From Pelagibacteraceae bacterium (GTDB lineage: Bacteria > Pseudomonadota > Alphaproteobacteria > GCA-002720895), in NCBI GenBank assembly GCA_002717245.1, contig PBCY01000020.1:13482-71085 (forward strand): a DNA stretch of 57,604 nt. Direction: 5' to 3'. Made by a program: the position numbers and the translations under genes. Within the stretch, counting starts at the first letter, position 1. Each line of letters begins with the position of its first letter. The notes beneath the pieces were generated by a model that saw nothing but the letters and a program-made list of their open reading frames with translations, did no database searches and was not told the origin of the DNA. Below, piece after piece: positions 48,580 through 57,604 of this stretch.

Positions 48580-49665
48580 CTAAGTTAATTGCAATTCTGA
48601 TCTAATTTTTTCTCTTAGAATATCTATACTTATAGAATTATTTTTTTCATTCTTATACCAAAATGTCCAACCGTTACATGATGGTAAATTTAATAAGTTA
48701 GCTGCAACACTATGTATTGACCCCTTAAAATTTTCTGCAATTAATGAGCCGTCAACTCTTACTTTTGCATACCACTTTTTATTTATATCATGAAGTAAAT
48801 CACCTGGTTTTATTAAATTAAATTCTATTAAATTTCCAAAAGGAATTCTTTTTTGTTGTCTTTTTTCATTAACTTTAAGCATATTTTTATTTTTTAAAGG
48901 TTTAATTAAATCAATTCTTTTTTTTGCGAATTTAATATATTTTTTTTCACTTTCTATTCCTATGAATTTTCTATTATATTTTTTTGCCACAGAGCCAATA
49001 GTTCCAGTTCCAAAAAAAGGATCTAAAACTACATCTCCAGGATTAGTTACAGATAATAAAATTCTAGCAATTAAAGATTCAGGTTTTTGTGTAGGGTGTA
49101 CTTTTTTGCCTTTATATTTTAATCTTTCAGAACCATTACATATTGGAAAAGTCCAGTCACTTCTCATTTGTAAGTCATCATTGAGAGATTTCATAAGATT
49201 ATAATTAAATGTATATTTTGAATTTTTATTTTTTGAACACCAAATTAAAGTTTCATGAGCATTTGAGAATCTAGTACCTCTAAAATTTGGCATAGGATTA
49301 GTTTTTATCCAAACAATGTCATTTAAAATCCAGAAATTTAAGTCCTGCAATATTTTTCCAATTCTAAAAATATTGTGGTATGTTCCTATTACCCATATTG
49401 TTCCATTATCTTTTAGTAATCTTTTTGCTGAAGATAACCATTCTTTTGTAAAATTATCATATTTTTCAAAACTTTCGAATTTATCCCATTTATTTCTTAC
49501 ACCATTTACTTTAGATTGGTCAGGCCTTTTTAAATCTTTTTCTAATTGAAGATTATATGGAGGGTCAGCAAATATTAAATCAACTGATTTATCAGGTAAT
49601 TTTTTCATTTCTTTAATACAATTACCTAAATATATTTTATTAAGTGCTAGATTTTTAATTTTCAT
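48580..49665 (-). CDS. ccrM: CcrM-type adenine DNA methyltransferase (GANTC)
   Basis: FADPPYNLQL, NPMPNFRG.RF.NAHET, QMRSDW, HPTQKPE, DPFFGTGT, C-terminal SIH..CNGWTFW; follows rnhB; no restriction enzyme nearby. Confidence 0.93.
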   Translation of the reverse strand: MKIKNLALNKIYLGNCIKEMKKLPDKSVDLIFADPPYNLQLEKDLKRPDQSKVNGVRNKWDKFESFEKYDNFTKEWLSSAKRLLKDNGTIWVIGTYHNIFRIGKILQDLNFWILNDIVWIKTNPMPNFRGTRFSNAHETLIWCSKNKNSKYTFNYNLMKSLNDDLQMRSDWTFPICNGSERLKYKGKKVHPTQKPESLIARILLSVTNPGDVVLDPFFGTGTIGSVAKKYNRKFIGIESEKKYIKFAKKRIDLIKPLKNKNMLKVNEKRQQKRIPFGNLIEFNLIKPGDLLHDINKKWYAKVRVDGSLIAENFKGSIHSVAANLLNLPSCNGWTFWYKNEKNNSISIDILREKIRSELQLT

Positions 49666-49683
49666 TTTGATCCCGATTGTTAA

Positions 49684-50298
49684 TTATCTTATCATTTTTA
49701 TTATTGGTTTAAAAGATTTTCTATGATGAGGGGTTATCCCTAATAATTTAATTTTGTTTATATGTATTTTTGTTCCGTAACCTGAATTTTTATGCCAAAA
49801 AAAATTTGGGTATTTGTAAGATAATTTTTTCATTAAATTATCTCTTACAACTTTAGCAATTATTGAAGCAGATGCTATAGATATAGATTTATTATCACCA
49901 TTTTTTATAGCTTCGACTTTTGCTTTTATTTTTGGCTTGTAAATACCATCAACTAATACAAAATCAGCATCAATTTTTAAAGAAGAATATGCTCTTTCCA
50001 TAGCTATTAAAGATGCTTGTAGAATATTCTTTTCTTCAATTTCTTTAACACTTGCCGCACCAATTCCAAAATTAATAATTTTTATTAGGATTTTATATAA
50101 TTTTTCTCTAACTTTTTTTGAGATTTTTTTTGAGTCATTAATTTTTATTATATCTGGGTATTTTTCTAAAAAATTTTTCCATAAAGATCTTTTTATATAT
50201 ACGGCAACAGCTACTACAGGCCCAGCAAGAGTTCCTCTCCCAACTTCATCGATTCCAACAATAATTTCTCCAAACTTTTTTTCTATATCGAAATTCAT
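49684..50298 (-). CDS. rnhB: Ribonuclease HII
   Basis: GIDEVGRG.LAGPV, DSKK, ASIIAKV.RD, HRKSF. Confidence 0.97.
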   Translation of the reverse strand: MNFDIEKKFGEIIVGIDEVGRGTLAGPVVAVAVYIKRSLWKNFLEKYPDIIKINDSKKISKKVREKLYKILIKIINFGIGAASVKEIEEKNILQASLIAMERAYSSLKIDADFVLVDGIYKPKIKAKVEAIKNGDNKSISIASASIIAKVVRDNLMKKLSYKYPNFFWHKNSGYGTKIHINKIKLLGITPHHRKSFKPIIKMIR

Positions 50299-50300
50299 TA

Positions 50301-50834
50301 TTATAATTTTGGAAGAATTTCAACTAAATTACATGGTTTAAAAGATGAATCTAATTGATACTTTATAATTTCATCCCAAGCATCTTTGCATGCACCTGGA
50401 GACCCAGGCAATGAAAATAAAAATTTTCCTTTTGAAATTCCTGCACAAGTTCTAGATTGGATAGTAGAGGTTTTAATTTTTTTATAGCTAATCATTCTAA
50501 ATATTTCTCCAAAACCTGGTATATCTTTTTCAAAAAAAAATTTAAATGCTTCAGGAGTTACATCTCTTTTTGTTAAACCAGTACCCCCAGTTGCAATGAT
50601 AACATTTATTTTTTTTATTTTTAACCACCCATTAATAACTTTTTTTATTTCTATTACACTATCTTTGCAGATTTTTTTTTCGAATAAATTATGATGTGAA
50701 CTCATTATCTTTTTTTTTAATAATTCACCTGATTTATCAGTTTTTGAATTTCTAGTATCTGACACTGTAAGAAGTGCTATATTTAATTTTTTTTTTTTCA
50801 TATCGATTTTTTTTGTTATGTTATGATACAACAA
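50301..50834 (-). CDS. moaB: Molybdenum cofactor biosynthesis protein B
   Basis: LTVSDTR, TGGTGLT.RDVTPEA, LPGSPGAC, PCNLVE; start may be the ATG at 50801. Confidence 0.94.
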   Translation of the reverse strand: MLYHNITKKIDMKKKKLNIALLTVSDTRNSKTDKSGELLKKKIMSSHHNLFEKKICKDSVIEIKKVINGWLKIKKINVIIATGGTGLTKRDVTPEAFKFFFEKDIPGFGEIFRMISYKKIKTSTIQSRTCAGISKGKFLFSLPGSPGACKDAWDEIIKYQLDSSFKPCNLVEILPKL

Positions 50835-50895
50835 TTTATTTATGACTAAAGAAACAAATTTGATAAGTTAAATATTTTGCTTATATCTTTACTAT

Positions 50896-52527
50896 ATGAC
50901 TAGAGAATCAATGAATTTTGATGTTTTAATAATAGGCGCAGGCCCTTCTGGACTTGCAGCTAGTATTAGGCTATCGCAACTTGCAAAAAAAAATAATAAA
51001 GAATTAAATATCGGCGTTGTTGAAAAAGGTTCAGAAGTCGGAGCACATATACTTTCTGGAGCAGTTTTAGAAACAAAAGCGTTAGATGAATTAATACCAG
51101 ATTGGAAACAAAAAGATTCTCCATTAAAAACTGAAGCTAAAAAAGATAATTTTTTATTGTTAACAAAAAATAAATCTTTTAAATTACCAACCCCTCCACA
51201 GATGAAAAATGATGGAAATTATATTATTAGTTTAGGAAATTTTTGTAGATGGTTAGCTAAACAGGCAGAAGAATTGGGTGTTAATATTTTTCCCGGATTT
51301 GCTGCTTCAGAAATTATTTATGATAATGATCAAAACAAAGTTGCTGGTATAAGAACTGGAGATCAAGGAATTGATAAAAATGGAGAGAAGTTGGAAAATT
51401 TTCAACAGGGATATGATTTATTAGCTAAGCAAACAATTTTTGCAGAAGGTTGCCATGGTTCTTTAACAAAAAAATTAATTAAAAAATATGATTTAAGAAA
51501 AGATAAAGATCCTCAAACATACGGTATTGGTTTAAAAGAATTATGGGAGATTAAACCAGAGAATCATAGGCAGGGAGAAGTAATTCATTCTATAGGATGG
51601 CCTTTAGATAATAAAACTTACGGAGGTTCATTTTTATATTATTTAGAAAATAACCAAGTTTCAGTTGGATTTGTTATTGGTTTAGATTATAAAAATCCAT
51701 ATTTAAGTCCATTTGATGAATTTCAAAGATTTAAAACTCATCCAAAAATAAAGAAAATTTTTGAAGGAGGTAAGAGAATATCTTATGGTGCAAGAGCTTT
51801 AAATGAAGGAGGTTTTCAATCAATTCCAAAATTGACTGTACCAGGAGGGTTATTGGTTGGTTGTACAGCAGGATTCATGAATGTGCCTAAAATTAAGGGT
51901 ACACACACAGCTATGAAATCAGGAATGATTGCAGCAGATGAAATATTCAAAAATATTTTTGATAGTAAAAAAATAGAAATTTCTTCATATGAAGATGAAA
52001 TTAAAAAATCTTGGGTTTGGAAAGAACTTTATAGTGTTAGAAATATAAGACCGGCTTTTCAATGGGGATTTTGGCCTGGTTTAATATATAGTGCTATTGA
52101 TACTTTTCTATTAAGAGGTAAAGCCCCTTGGACATTAAAACATCATTATGATCATAAATCTTTAAAGGAAGCAAATAAATGTAAAAAAATTGAATATCCA
52201 AAACCAGATGGAGTAATTACATTTGATAAATTATCTTCAGTTTTTATTTCAAATACTAATCACGCAGAAAATCAACCTTGCCATTTAAAATTAAAAGATA
52301 TTTCAATACCTATTAAATATAATTTAGAGAATTATGATGCTCCTGAACAAAGATATTGTCCTGCAGGAGTTTATGAAATAATAGATGTTGAAAAAAATTC
52401 ACCAAAATTGCAAATTAATGCTCAGAATTGTGTACATTGCAAAACTTGCGATATAAAAGATCCAAGCCAAAATATTAACTGGGTAACTCCTGAAGGAGGA
52501 GGCGGCCCTAGATATCCTAATATGTAA
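50896..52527 (+). CDS. Electron transfer flavoprotein-ubiquinone oxidoreductase
   Basis: GAGPSG, EKGSEVGAHILSGA, CPAGVYE, NCVHCKTCDIKDP. Confidence 0.97.
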   Translation: MTRESMNFDVLIIGAGPSGLAASIRLSQLAKKNNKELNIGVVEKGSEVGAHILSGAVLETKALDELIPDWKQKDSPLKTEAKKDNFLLLTKNKSFKLPTPPQMKNDGNYIISLGNFCRWLAKQAEELGVNIFPGFAASEIIYDNDQNKVAGIRTGDQGIDKNGEKLENFQQGYDLLAKQTIFAEGCHGSLTKKLIKKYDLRKDKDPQTYGIGLKELWEIKPENHRQGEVIHSIGWPLDNKTYGGSFLYYLENNQVSVGFVIGLDYKNPYLSPFDEFQRFKTHPKIKKIFEGGKRISYGARALNEGGFQSIPKLTVPGGLLVGCTAGFMNVPKIKGTHTAMKSGMIAADEIFKNIFDSKKIEISSYEDEIKKSWVWKELYSVRNIRPAFQWGFWPGLIYSAIDTFLLRGKAPWTLKHHYDHKSLKEANKCKKIEYPKPDGVITFDKLSSVFISNTNHAENQPCHLKLKDISIPIKYNLENYDAPEQRYCPAGVYEIIDVEKNSPKLQINAQNCVHCKTCDIKDPSQNINWVTPEGGGGPRYPNM

Positions 52528-54222
52528 ATGTTTTTAATGAAAAAAATTTTAATTTTATTTTTCTTTGTTTTTTCTTGTTTCAATAAGCCCTTGTTATCTA
52601 TAGATTTTGGAAGTTATTTAGCTGGGGAAAGTGCATATGTGAATAAAGATAATAAGGCTGCCATTTATCATTTTAATAAAGCGTTAAATTTAAATGAAAT
52701 TAATACAGAATACGGACGCGATATTGCAGAAAAATTATGTTCTTTATATCTTTTAGAAGGAAAGATTGAAGAATGCGTTTTATTAGCTGAAAGGATTGAG
52801 AGAGATTTAGAATCTGAATCTATTGATAGTACTAATATTAGGATGGCTTTAGTAGTTAGTGATATAAAAAAAAAAAAATATAATTCGGCTTTAAACAGAT
52901 TAAAAAAAATAAAAAAAAGTTCTTATGAAAGATTTTCTGTTCCAATTATTGAAGCATGGTTAATTGCCGAAGAAAAAAATAATTTTAATTTAGCAGAACA
53001 AAAATTAAATGAATTAGAGGCTGACATTGTTGTAAGTGGTTTAAGAAATTTAAATTTAGCTTTAATTCATGATTATTTTGATAAAAATCAAGAAGCATTA
53101 AAATTTTATCAAAAATCTGTTAATGCATTCAATAAGCCTTCATATAGATTGGTTGAGATTACAGCTAATGCGTTTCAAAGGAACAAAGATTTCGAAAAGG
53201 CAAAAAATATTTTTGATAAATTTCTATCTGATTCTAATGATTATTTATTAGTAAAAAAACACTTAAATCAAATAGAAAAAAGAGAAATACCTAAAAAATT
53301 AATTTTAGATTTAAATGATGCTGTTGCTGAATTATTTAGCACAATTGCAAGTACTTTTAGTTCTGACTTTACAAATAATTTTTCTATTATTTATTCTAAT
53401 TTTTCTATTTATTTAAAAAAAGATTTTGAAGTAGCAGAATTATATTTAGCGGAGTTATTAGAAGATAATAATAGATATGAAGAAGCAAATAATTTGTATA
53501 AAAAAGTTCAACCATCATCAAGTTTTTTTTGGCATTCAAAATTAAAAACTGCAAGAAATTTAGAATTATTAGGAGATACTGATAATGCAATTTCAATTTT
53601 AAAAAAAATGAGTAATGAAGAAAAAGGGAGATATGATTCTTTAAAGCTCTTAGGAGATATATATAGGAATTACGAAAAATATGATGAAGCTATAAAATCT
53701 TATAATGAAGGAGTAAATAGAATAGATAACATTGAAATCAGACATTGGGATTTACTTTATTCAAGAGGAATGGCTTATGAAAGAGATAATCAATGGAAAT
53801 TAGCAGAGGAAGATTTTTTAAAGATTCTAGAACTTGTTCCTGACCAGCCTGATGTTTTAAATTATCTGGGGTATTCATGGATAGAAAAAGACATTAATTT
53901 AGAAAAAGCCAAAACATTTATTCTTAAAGCTGTAGAGTTAAGACCTCGAGATCCTTATATAGTAGATAGTTTAGGTTGGGCTTATTATAATTTACAAGAA
54001 TATGATAATGCTGTTGAAGAACTTGAAAGAGCCATTAGTTTGAAACCTACCGACCCTATAATTAATGACCATCTTGGAGATGCTTATCTAAAAGTGAATA
54101 GAGAACTTGAAGCTATATATCAATGGAAAAAGGCTATAGAATTTAAAGCTGATGATAAGTTAAAGAAAAAAATAAAAAAAAAACTAAAAAAATATAATAA
54201 TAACGATTTAGATATTCTGTAA
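52528..54222 (+). CDS. Exported TPR-repeat protein
   Basis: GSYLAG, VLNYLGYSW, YIVDSLGW, INDHLGDAY; typical gene between ETF-QO and ispE. Confidence 0.9.
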   Translation: MFLMKKILILFFFVFSCFNKPLLSIDFGSYLAGESAYVNKDNKAAIYHFNKALNLNEINTEYGRDIAEKLCSLYLLEGKIEECVLLAERIERDLESESIDSTNIRMALVVSDIKKKKYNSALNRLKKIKKSSYERFSVPIIEAWLIAEEKNNFNLAEQKLNELEADIVVSGLRNLNLALIHDYFDKNQEALKFYQKSVNAFNKPSYRLVEITANAFQRNKDFEKAKNIFDKFLSDSNDYLLVKKHLNQIEKREIPKKLILDLNDAVAELFSTIASTFSSDFTNNFSIIYSNFSIYLKKDFEVAELYLAELLEDNNRYEEANNLYKKVQPSSSFFWHSKLKTARNLELLGDTDNAISILKKMSNEEKGRYDSLKLLGDIYRNYEKYDEAIKSYNEGVNRIDNIEIRHWDLLYSRGMAYERDNQWKLAEEDFLKILELVPDQPDVLNYLGYSWIEKDINLEKAKTFILKAVELRPRDPYIVDSLGWAYYNLQEYDNAVEELERAISLKPTDPIINDHLGDAYLKVNRELEAIYQWKKAIEFKADDKLKKKIKKKLKKYNNNDLDIL

Positions 54223-54226
54223 ATTT

Positions 54227-55081
54227 ATGGTTAAAGCGAAAATCTTTAAATCTAAAGCTTACGCTAAAATAAATTTGTTTTTAAATGTTTTAGGAAAAAC
54301 AAATGAAAATATGCACAAATTAAAAAGCTTGGTTTGTTTTATTAATTTGTATGACGAAATTGTTATCTCTGAGAATAATAAATTTTCAATTAGTATTAAA
54401 GGCCCTTTTAAAAAATTAATAAAAAAAAAAAATATTATAGAAAAAACATTTTCAATTTATTCAAATTTTTTAAATATAAAGAATAATTATAAAATTTCTT
54501 TAAATAAAAAAATCCCTGTTTCGGCAGGTCTAGGAGGTGGTTCTGCAGATGCGGCAATTGTGTTAAAAGGATTAAATTATTTAAATAATAATAAAATAAA
54601 ACAAAAAGATTTATTTAGTATTGCCGCGCAAATTGGATCAGATGTTCCTGCCTGTTTATATAATAAAAATGTTTTTTTTTCTGGTTATGGAGAAATTTTA
54701 AAAAAATCTCCAAGAATTCCTAAATTTTTTTTATTATTAATTAATCCAAGAAAAGAACTTTCTACTAAAAAAATTTTTGAAATGTTCAAAGAAAAACAAA
54801 AATCAAATAAAAAAAATATTTTTAATTATAAAAATTTTTTTCCATGGGCTGCAAAGCAAAACAATGATTTGCAAAAATATTCTGAAAAAGTTATGCCAGA
54901 TATTAGAAAAATGCTTTTTTTTTTAAATTCTTTAGATACCTGTTTCTTTTCAAGAATGACAGGTAGCGGACCAACAGTTTTTGGTTTATTTAAAAGAAGA
55001 ATTGATGCAGAAAAGGCTTTTCATTTATTAAAAAAACAAAATTCTAATTGGTGGGCAGGCGTTTATTCAATTAAAACTTAA
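54227..55081 (+). CDS. ispE: 4-diphosphocytidyl-2-C-methyl-D-erythritol kinase
   Basis: AKINLFL, IPVSAGLGGGSADAA, GSDVP, MTGSGPT. Confidence 0.96.
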   Translation: MVKAKIFKSKAYAKINLFLNVLGKTNENMHKLKSLVCFINLYDEIVISENNKFSISIKGPFKKLIKKKNIIEKTFSIYSNFLNIKNNYKISLNKKIPVSAGLGGGSADAAIVLKGLNYLNNNKIKQKDLFSIAAQIGSDVPACLYNKNVFFSGYGEILKKSPRIPKFFLLLINPRKELSTKKIFEMFKEKQKSNKKNIFNYKNFFPWAAKQNNDLQKYSEKVMPDIRKMLFFLNSLDTCFFSRMTGSGPTVFGLFKRRIDAEKAFHLLKKQNSNWWAGVYSIKT

Positions 55082-55130
55082 TCTTTGAATAAATTTACTT
55101 TTTAAGATAAGTTTATATAAAGAATAATTT

Positions 55131-55205
55131 TGGGGCGTCGCCAAGTGGTAAGGCACGAGTTTTTGGTACTCGCATTCGCAGGTTCGAATCCTGCCGCCCC
55201 AGCCA
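55131..55205 (+). tRNA. tRNA-Gln (anticodon TTG)
   Basis: Acceptor stem TGGGGCG/CGCCCCA (U1-A72), anticodon arm CGAGT-TT TTG GT-ACTCG, GGTTCGAATCC T arm, encoded CCA. Confidence 0.97.
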
Positions 55206-55694
55206 TTAATTCAAAATCCAAATATTAAAAGTAAGTATAGAAGCGTAAATAACCCATAAAAGGTAGGGAACTAATAGGTAACTTGCAATTTTATTCGTTT
55301 TAAAAAAATAATTTATATTTAAAATAATTAAAAAAATTAAAATTATTATCTCAAAGAAACTTGCCCCAATTTTTTGAATACCAAAAAATAAATATGTCCA
55401 AAAAATATTAAAAAAAAATTGTAAACAAAATATTATAATTCCTAAAGTTCTGTTTTTACTTGAGTTACTTTTCCAAATTAACCAAATAGAGATACCCATA
55501 AAAATATAAAGAGTAGTCCACACAGGTGCGAATATCCAATCTGGAGGGTTAAAATTTGGTTTATTTATTGTTTGGTACCATGTTTCAACGGAAATAAATG
55601 TAAAATATCCACCTAGCCCATTACCAAGAAGAAGGCATAAAATTACAAAAAGAAATAAATAAATAATATTTTTTTTATCTAAATTTTCCATCAA
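55206..55694 (-). CDS. tspO: TspO/MBR family tryptophan-rich protein
   Basis: WY..INKP.FNPPDWIFAPVWTTLY, LLVPYLLWV.YA. Confidence 0.94.
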   Translation of the reverse strand: MMENLDKKNIIYLFLFVILCLLLGNGLGGYFTFISVETWYQTINKPNFNPPDWIFAPVWTTLYIFMGISIWLIWKSNSSKNRTLGIIIFCLQFFFNIFWTYLFFGIQKIGASFFEIIILIFLIILNINYFFKTNKIASYLLVPYLLWVIYASILTFNIWILN

Positions 55695-56112
55695 GAGATA
55701 AATTTCCTGAACCTTTAAGAAGTATTGCGAAAGTAACTACCCCCCACATTAAAGGGTATTCATATCCTTGTTTTGTCCAAAAAAAACCTTGTTCTAAATG
55801 TTGTTCAACAGCAAAAGCCATAAATATAGTTATTGAAAGCGCTGCTATTCTTGTAAAAAATCCTAAAGCTATACATATACCTCCTAAAAATTCAGTTAAA
55901 GCAATTAAATATGCTAAAAAAACACCGGTAAAAACAGGATTTGAATATTCTTTATCTAAAAAATTGATAAATCCGTCAAGATTGCCATTAAAACCTTTAT
56001 GTAGTTTTCCATATCCATGTGGAATTAATAAAATTCCAGTTATAAATCTTATTAAAGGATATGAAAGGTACTCTCCAATTGAGTCTAAATTTCTTAAAAA
56101 TGGATTTATCAT
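55675..56112 (-). CDS. DoxX family membrane protein
   Basis: R..G..HG..K, EFLGG....LGFFTR.AA, GYEYP, G.G.LSLD. Confidence 0.92.
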   Translation of the reverse strand: MINPFLRNLDSIGEYLSYPLIRFITGILLIPHGYGKLHKGFNGNLDGFINFLDKEYSNPVFTGVFLAYLIALTEFLGGICIALGFFTRIAALSITIFMAFAVEQHLEQGFFWTKQGYEYPLMWGVVTFAILLKGSGNLSLDGKFR

Positions 56113-56159
56113 AAAATTTATTTTACTTTATAATTATATTTAATTTCATATTAAGTGTA

Positions 56160-56633
56160 TTGAATCAAAAAAAAAATATAATAAAAAAATTTCCTATAAA
56201 AATCAAATCTAATGGTGATTGGTTATATAAAAATAATTTAATAAAAAAAGAAGCTTTAATAAAATTATTTTCTTCTGTGTTAGTTGTAGATAAAAAAAAT
56301 AATTTTTATTTAGAAACACCAGCAGAAAAAGGCCAGATTGAGGTAGAAGACGCTCCTTTTGTTATAAAAAATTTTGAAATCAAAAATGTAAATAATAAAC
56401 AAGAAATTAGTTTTAAAACAAATATTGGTGAAGAAATTATTTTAAGTAAAGTTAATCCATTAATTTTTAAAAAAAATAAAAAAAACACTGTTCCTTATGT
56501 TGTTATTAAAAAAAATATAAATGCTAAGATATTAAGATCTGTTTATTATCAATTAATAAATAAATTTATTAATAAAAATACGAAAAAAAAATTAAAAATT
56601 AAAAGTAAAGGGTATGAGGTAACATTAAAATAG
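56160..56633 (+). CDS. DUF1285 domain protein
   Basis: G.W.Y, LIKLFSSVL, L.TPAEK..I.VEDAPF, F.TN.GE, PY. Confidence 0.88.
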   Translation: MNQKKNIIKKFPIKIKSNGDWLYKNNLIKKEALIKLFSSVLVVDKKNNFYLETPAEKGQIEVEDAPFVIKNFEIKNVNNKQEISFKTNIGEEIILSKVNPLIFKKNKKNTVPYVVIKKNINAKILRSVYYQLINKFINKNTKKKLKIKSKGYEVTLK

Positions 56634-56638
56634 AAAAT

Positions 56639-57604
56639 ATGAATATTGATATAAAAAAATGGCAAAGAAATAAGGATATTAAATTAATATTTAATCTTTT
56701 AAAAAAAAAAAATGAAGAAACCAGGTTTATTGGCGGATGTTTAAGAAATTTATTATTAAATAAAGATACAGATGATATAGATATTGCAACAAGCATTGAG
56801 CCAAGAATAGTATTAGGAATATTAAAAAAAAGAAAAATAAAAACAGTTATAACCGGCATTAGTCACGGAACAATTATTGCAATAATAAATAATAAAAAGA
56901 TTGAGGTTACAACTTTAAGAAAGGATATAAAAACTGACGGAAGATATGCTAAAGTAAAATTTACAAAAGACTGGGTTGTTGATTCTAACAGAAGAGATTT
57001 AACTATAAATGCATTATCATGTAATTTTAAAGGGGAATTATTCGATTATCATAATGGTCTCGATGATCTCAAAAAAGGTAATATTCAATTTATTGGCGAT
57101 ACAGAAAAAAGAATTAAGGAAGATTATTTAAGAATTCTTAGATATTTTAGATTTTATGGTCTTTACGGAAGAAAAAAAATTAATGAAAAAGATATAAAAA
57201 TTTTTAAAAAATTTTCTGCTAATTTAAAAAAATTATCATCTGAAAGAATTTATTCTGAATTTAAAAAAATTTTATTGTCAAAGAATTTATATGAAGTTTT
57301 AGTTTTATTAAAAAAATCAAAGTTATTAAAATACATTATATTTGAACACAATGATTTAAAAAGAATAAAAAATTTAGAAAAAATTTCTAAATCTTCTAAT
57401 TCTATTGATTTTTCTACATTATTATCATTAATAATTAAGGAAAAAAATTTATTAAAAGTTTTTAATAATTTAAAATTATCTAATTCTGAGAAAGAAAAAA
57501 TTAAAAATATTATTAATTATCAAAAAAAAATTAATATTAAGGAAATAGAAAGTAATTTATTAAAATTTATTCATAAATATGGAAATGATTTATGTTTTAG
57601 TTTA
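56639..57604 (+). CDS. cca: CCA tRNA nucleotidyltransferase, partial (runs off window end)
   Basis: Not in ORF track. From the ATG at 56639: RFIGGCLRN, DIDIAT, EVTTLRKD..TDGR, RRDLTINA, RIKEDYLRILRYFRF. Confidence 0.93.
   Translation, partial: MNIDIKKWQRNKDIKLIFNLLKKKNEETRFIGGCLRNLLLNKDTDDIDIATSIEPRIVLGILKKRKIKTVITGISHGTIIAIINNKKIEVTTLRKDIKTDGRYAKVKFTKDWVVDSNRRDLTINALSCNFKGELFDYHNGLDDLKKGNIQFIGDTEKRIKEDYLRILRYFRFYGLYGRKKINEKDIKIFKKFSANLKKLSSERIYSEFKKILLSKNLYEVLVLLKKSKLLKYIIFEHNDLKRIKNLEKISKSSNSIDFSTLLSLIIKEKNLLKVFNNLKLSNSEKEKIKNIINYQKKINIKEIESNLLKFIHKYGNDLCFSL

Noticed and set aside
48580-49665. Restriction-modification or defence system
   Set aside because: The methyltransferase has CcrM-specific motifs and the rnhB context, with no nuclease nearby.
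1480-56859. About 30 short antisense or overlapping ORFs in the track (e.g. 1480-1833, 16023-16415, 23229-23708, 27538-27915, 46733-47107, 56599-56859)
   Set aside because: They are shadows of well-supported genes, with F/L/S/I-rich reverse-frame composition and no motifs.
55131-57604. Integrative element at tRNA-Gln
   Set aside because: No integrase, att duplication or phage genes; core genes resume within 1 kb.
1-57604. CRISPR arrays, rRNA, riboswitches, IS elements
   Set aside because: No spaced repeats, transposases or intergenic regions long enough were seen; the two largest gaps in the ORF track are explained by the rluB C-terminus and the CoxF-like ORF.

Overview
Very AT-rich, gene-dense core-genome segment of a streamlined free-living alphaproteobacterium. 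The alphaproteobacterial assignment rests on CcrM, a split atpIBEF'F cluster, an aa3 oxidase operon and type II ThrB. A marine SAR11/HIMB59/MarineAlpha-like lineage is a guess from composition only. The window holds about 65 housekeeping genes and one tRNA-Gln(UUG), with almost no intergenic DNA. I found no mobile element, prophage, CRISPR array or defence island. Four coding segments missing from the ORF track were added: a partial TonB, a 40-aa CoxF-like protein, a partial CCA-adding enzyme and the frameshifted C-terminus of an RluB-type pseudouridine synthase. The most notable observations are: (1) an 817-aa SMC with intact ATPase heads but no recognisable hinge; (2) a rearranged coxB-coxC-coxA operon; (3) a TonB motor with an Asp/Asn pair of ExbDs; (4) an A12 frameshift in rluB; (5) flush junctions where mutL, mutY, uracil-DNA glycosylase and waaA usually sit; (6) frequent SD-less TTG starts. 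All product calls come from motif recognition by eye, and synteny comparisons rely on recalled gene orders, not on searches.
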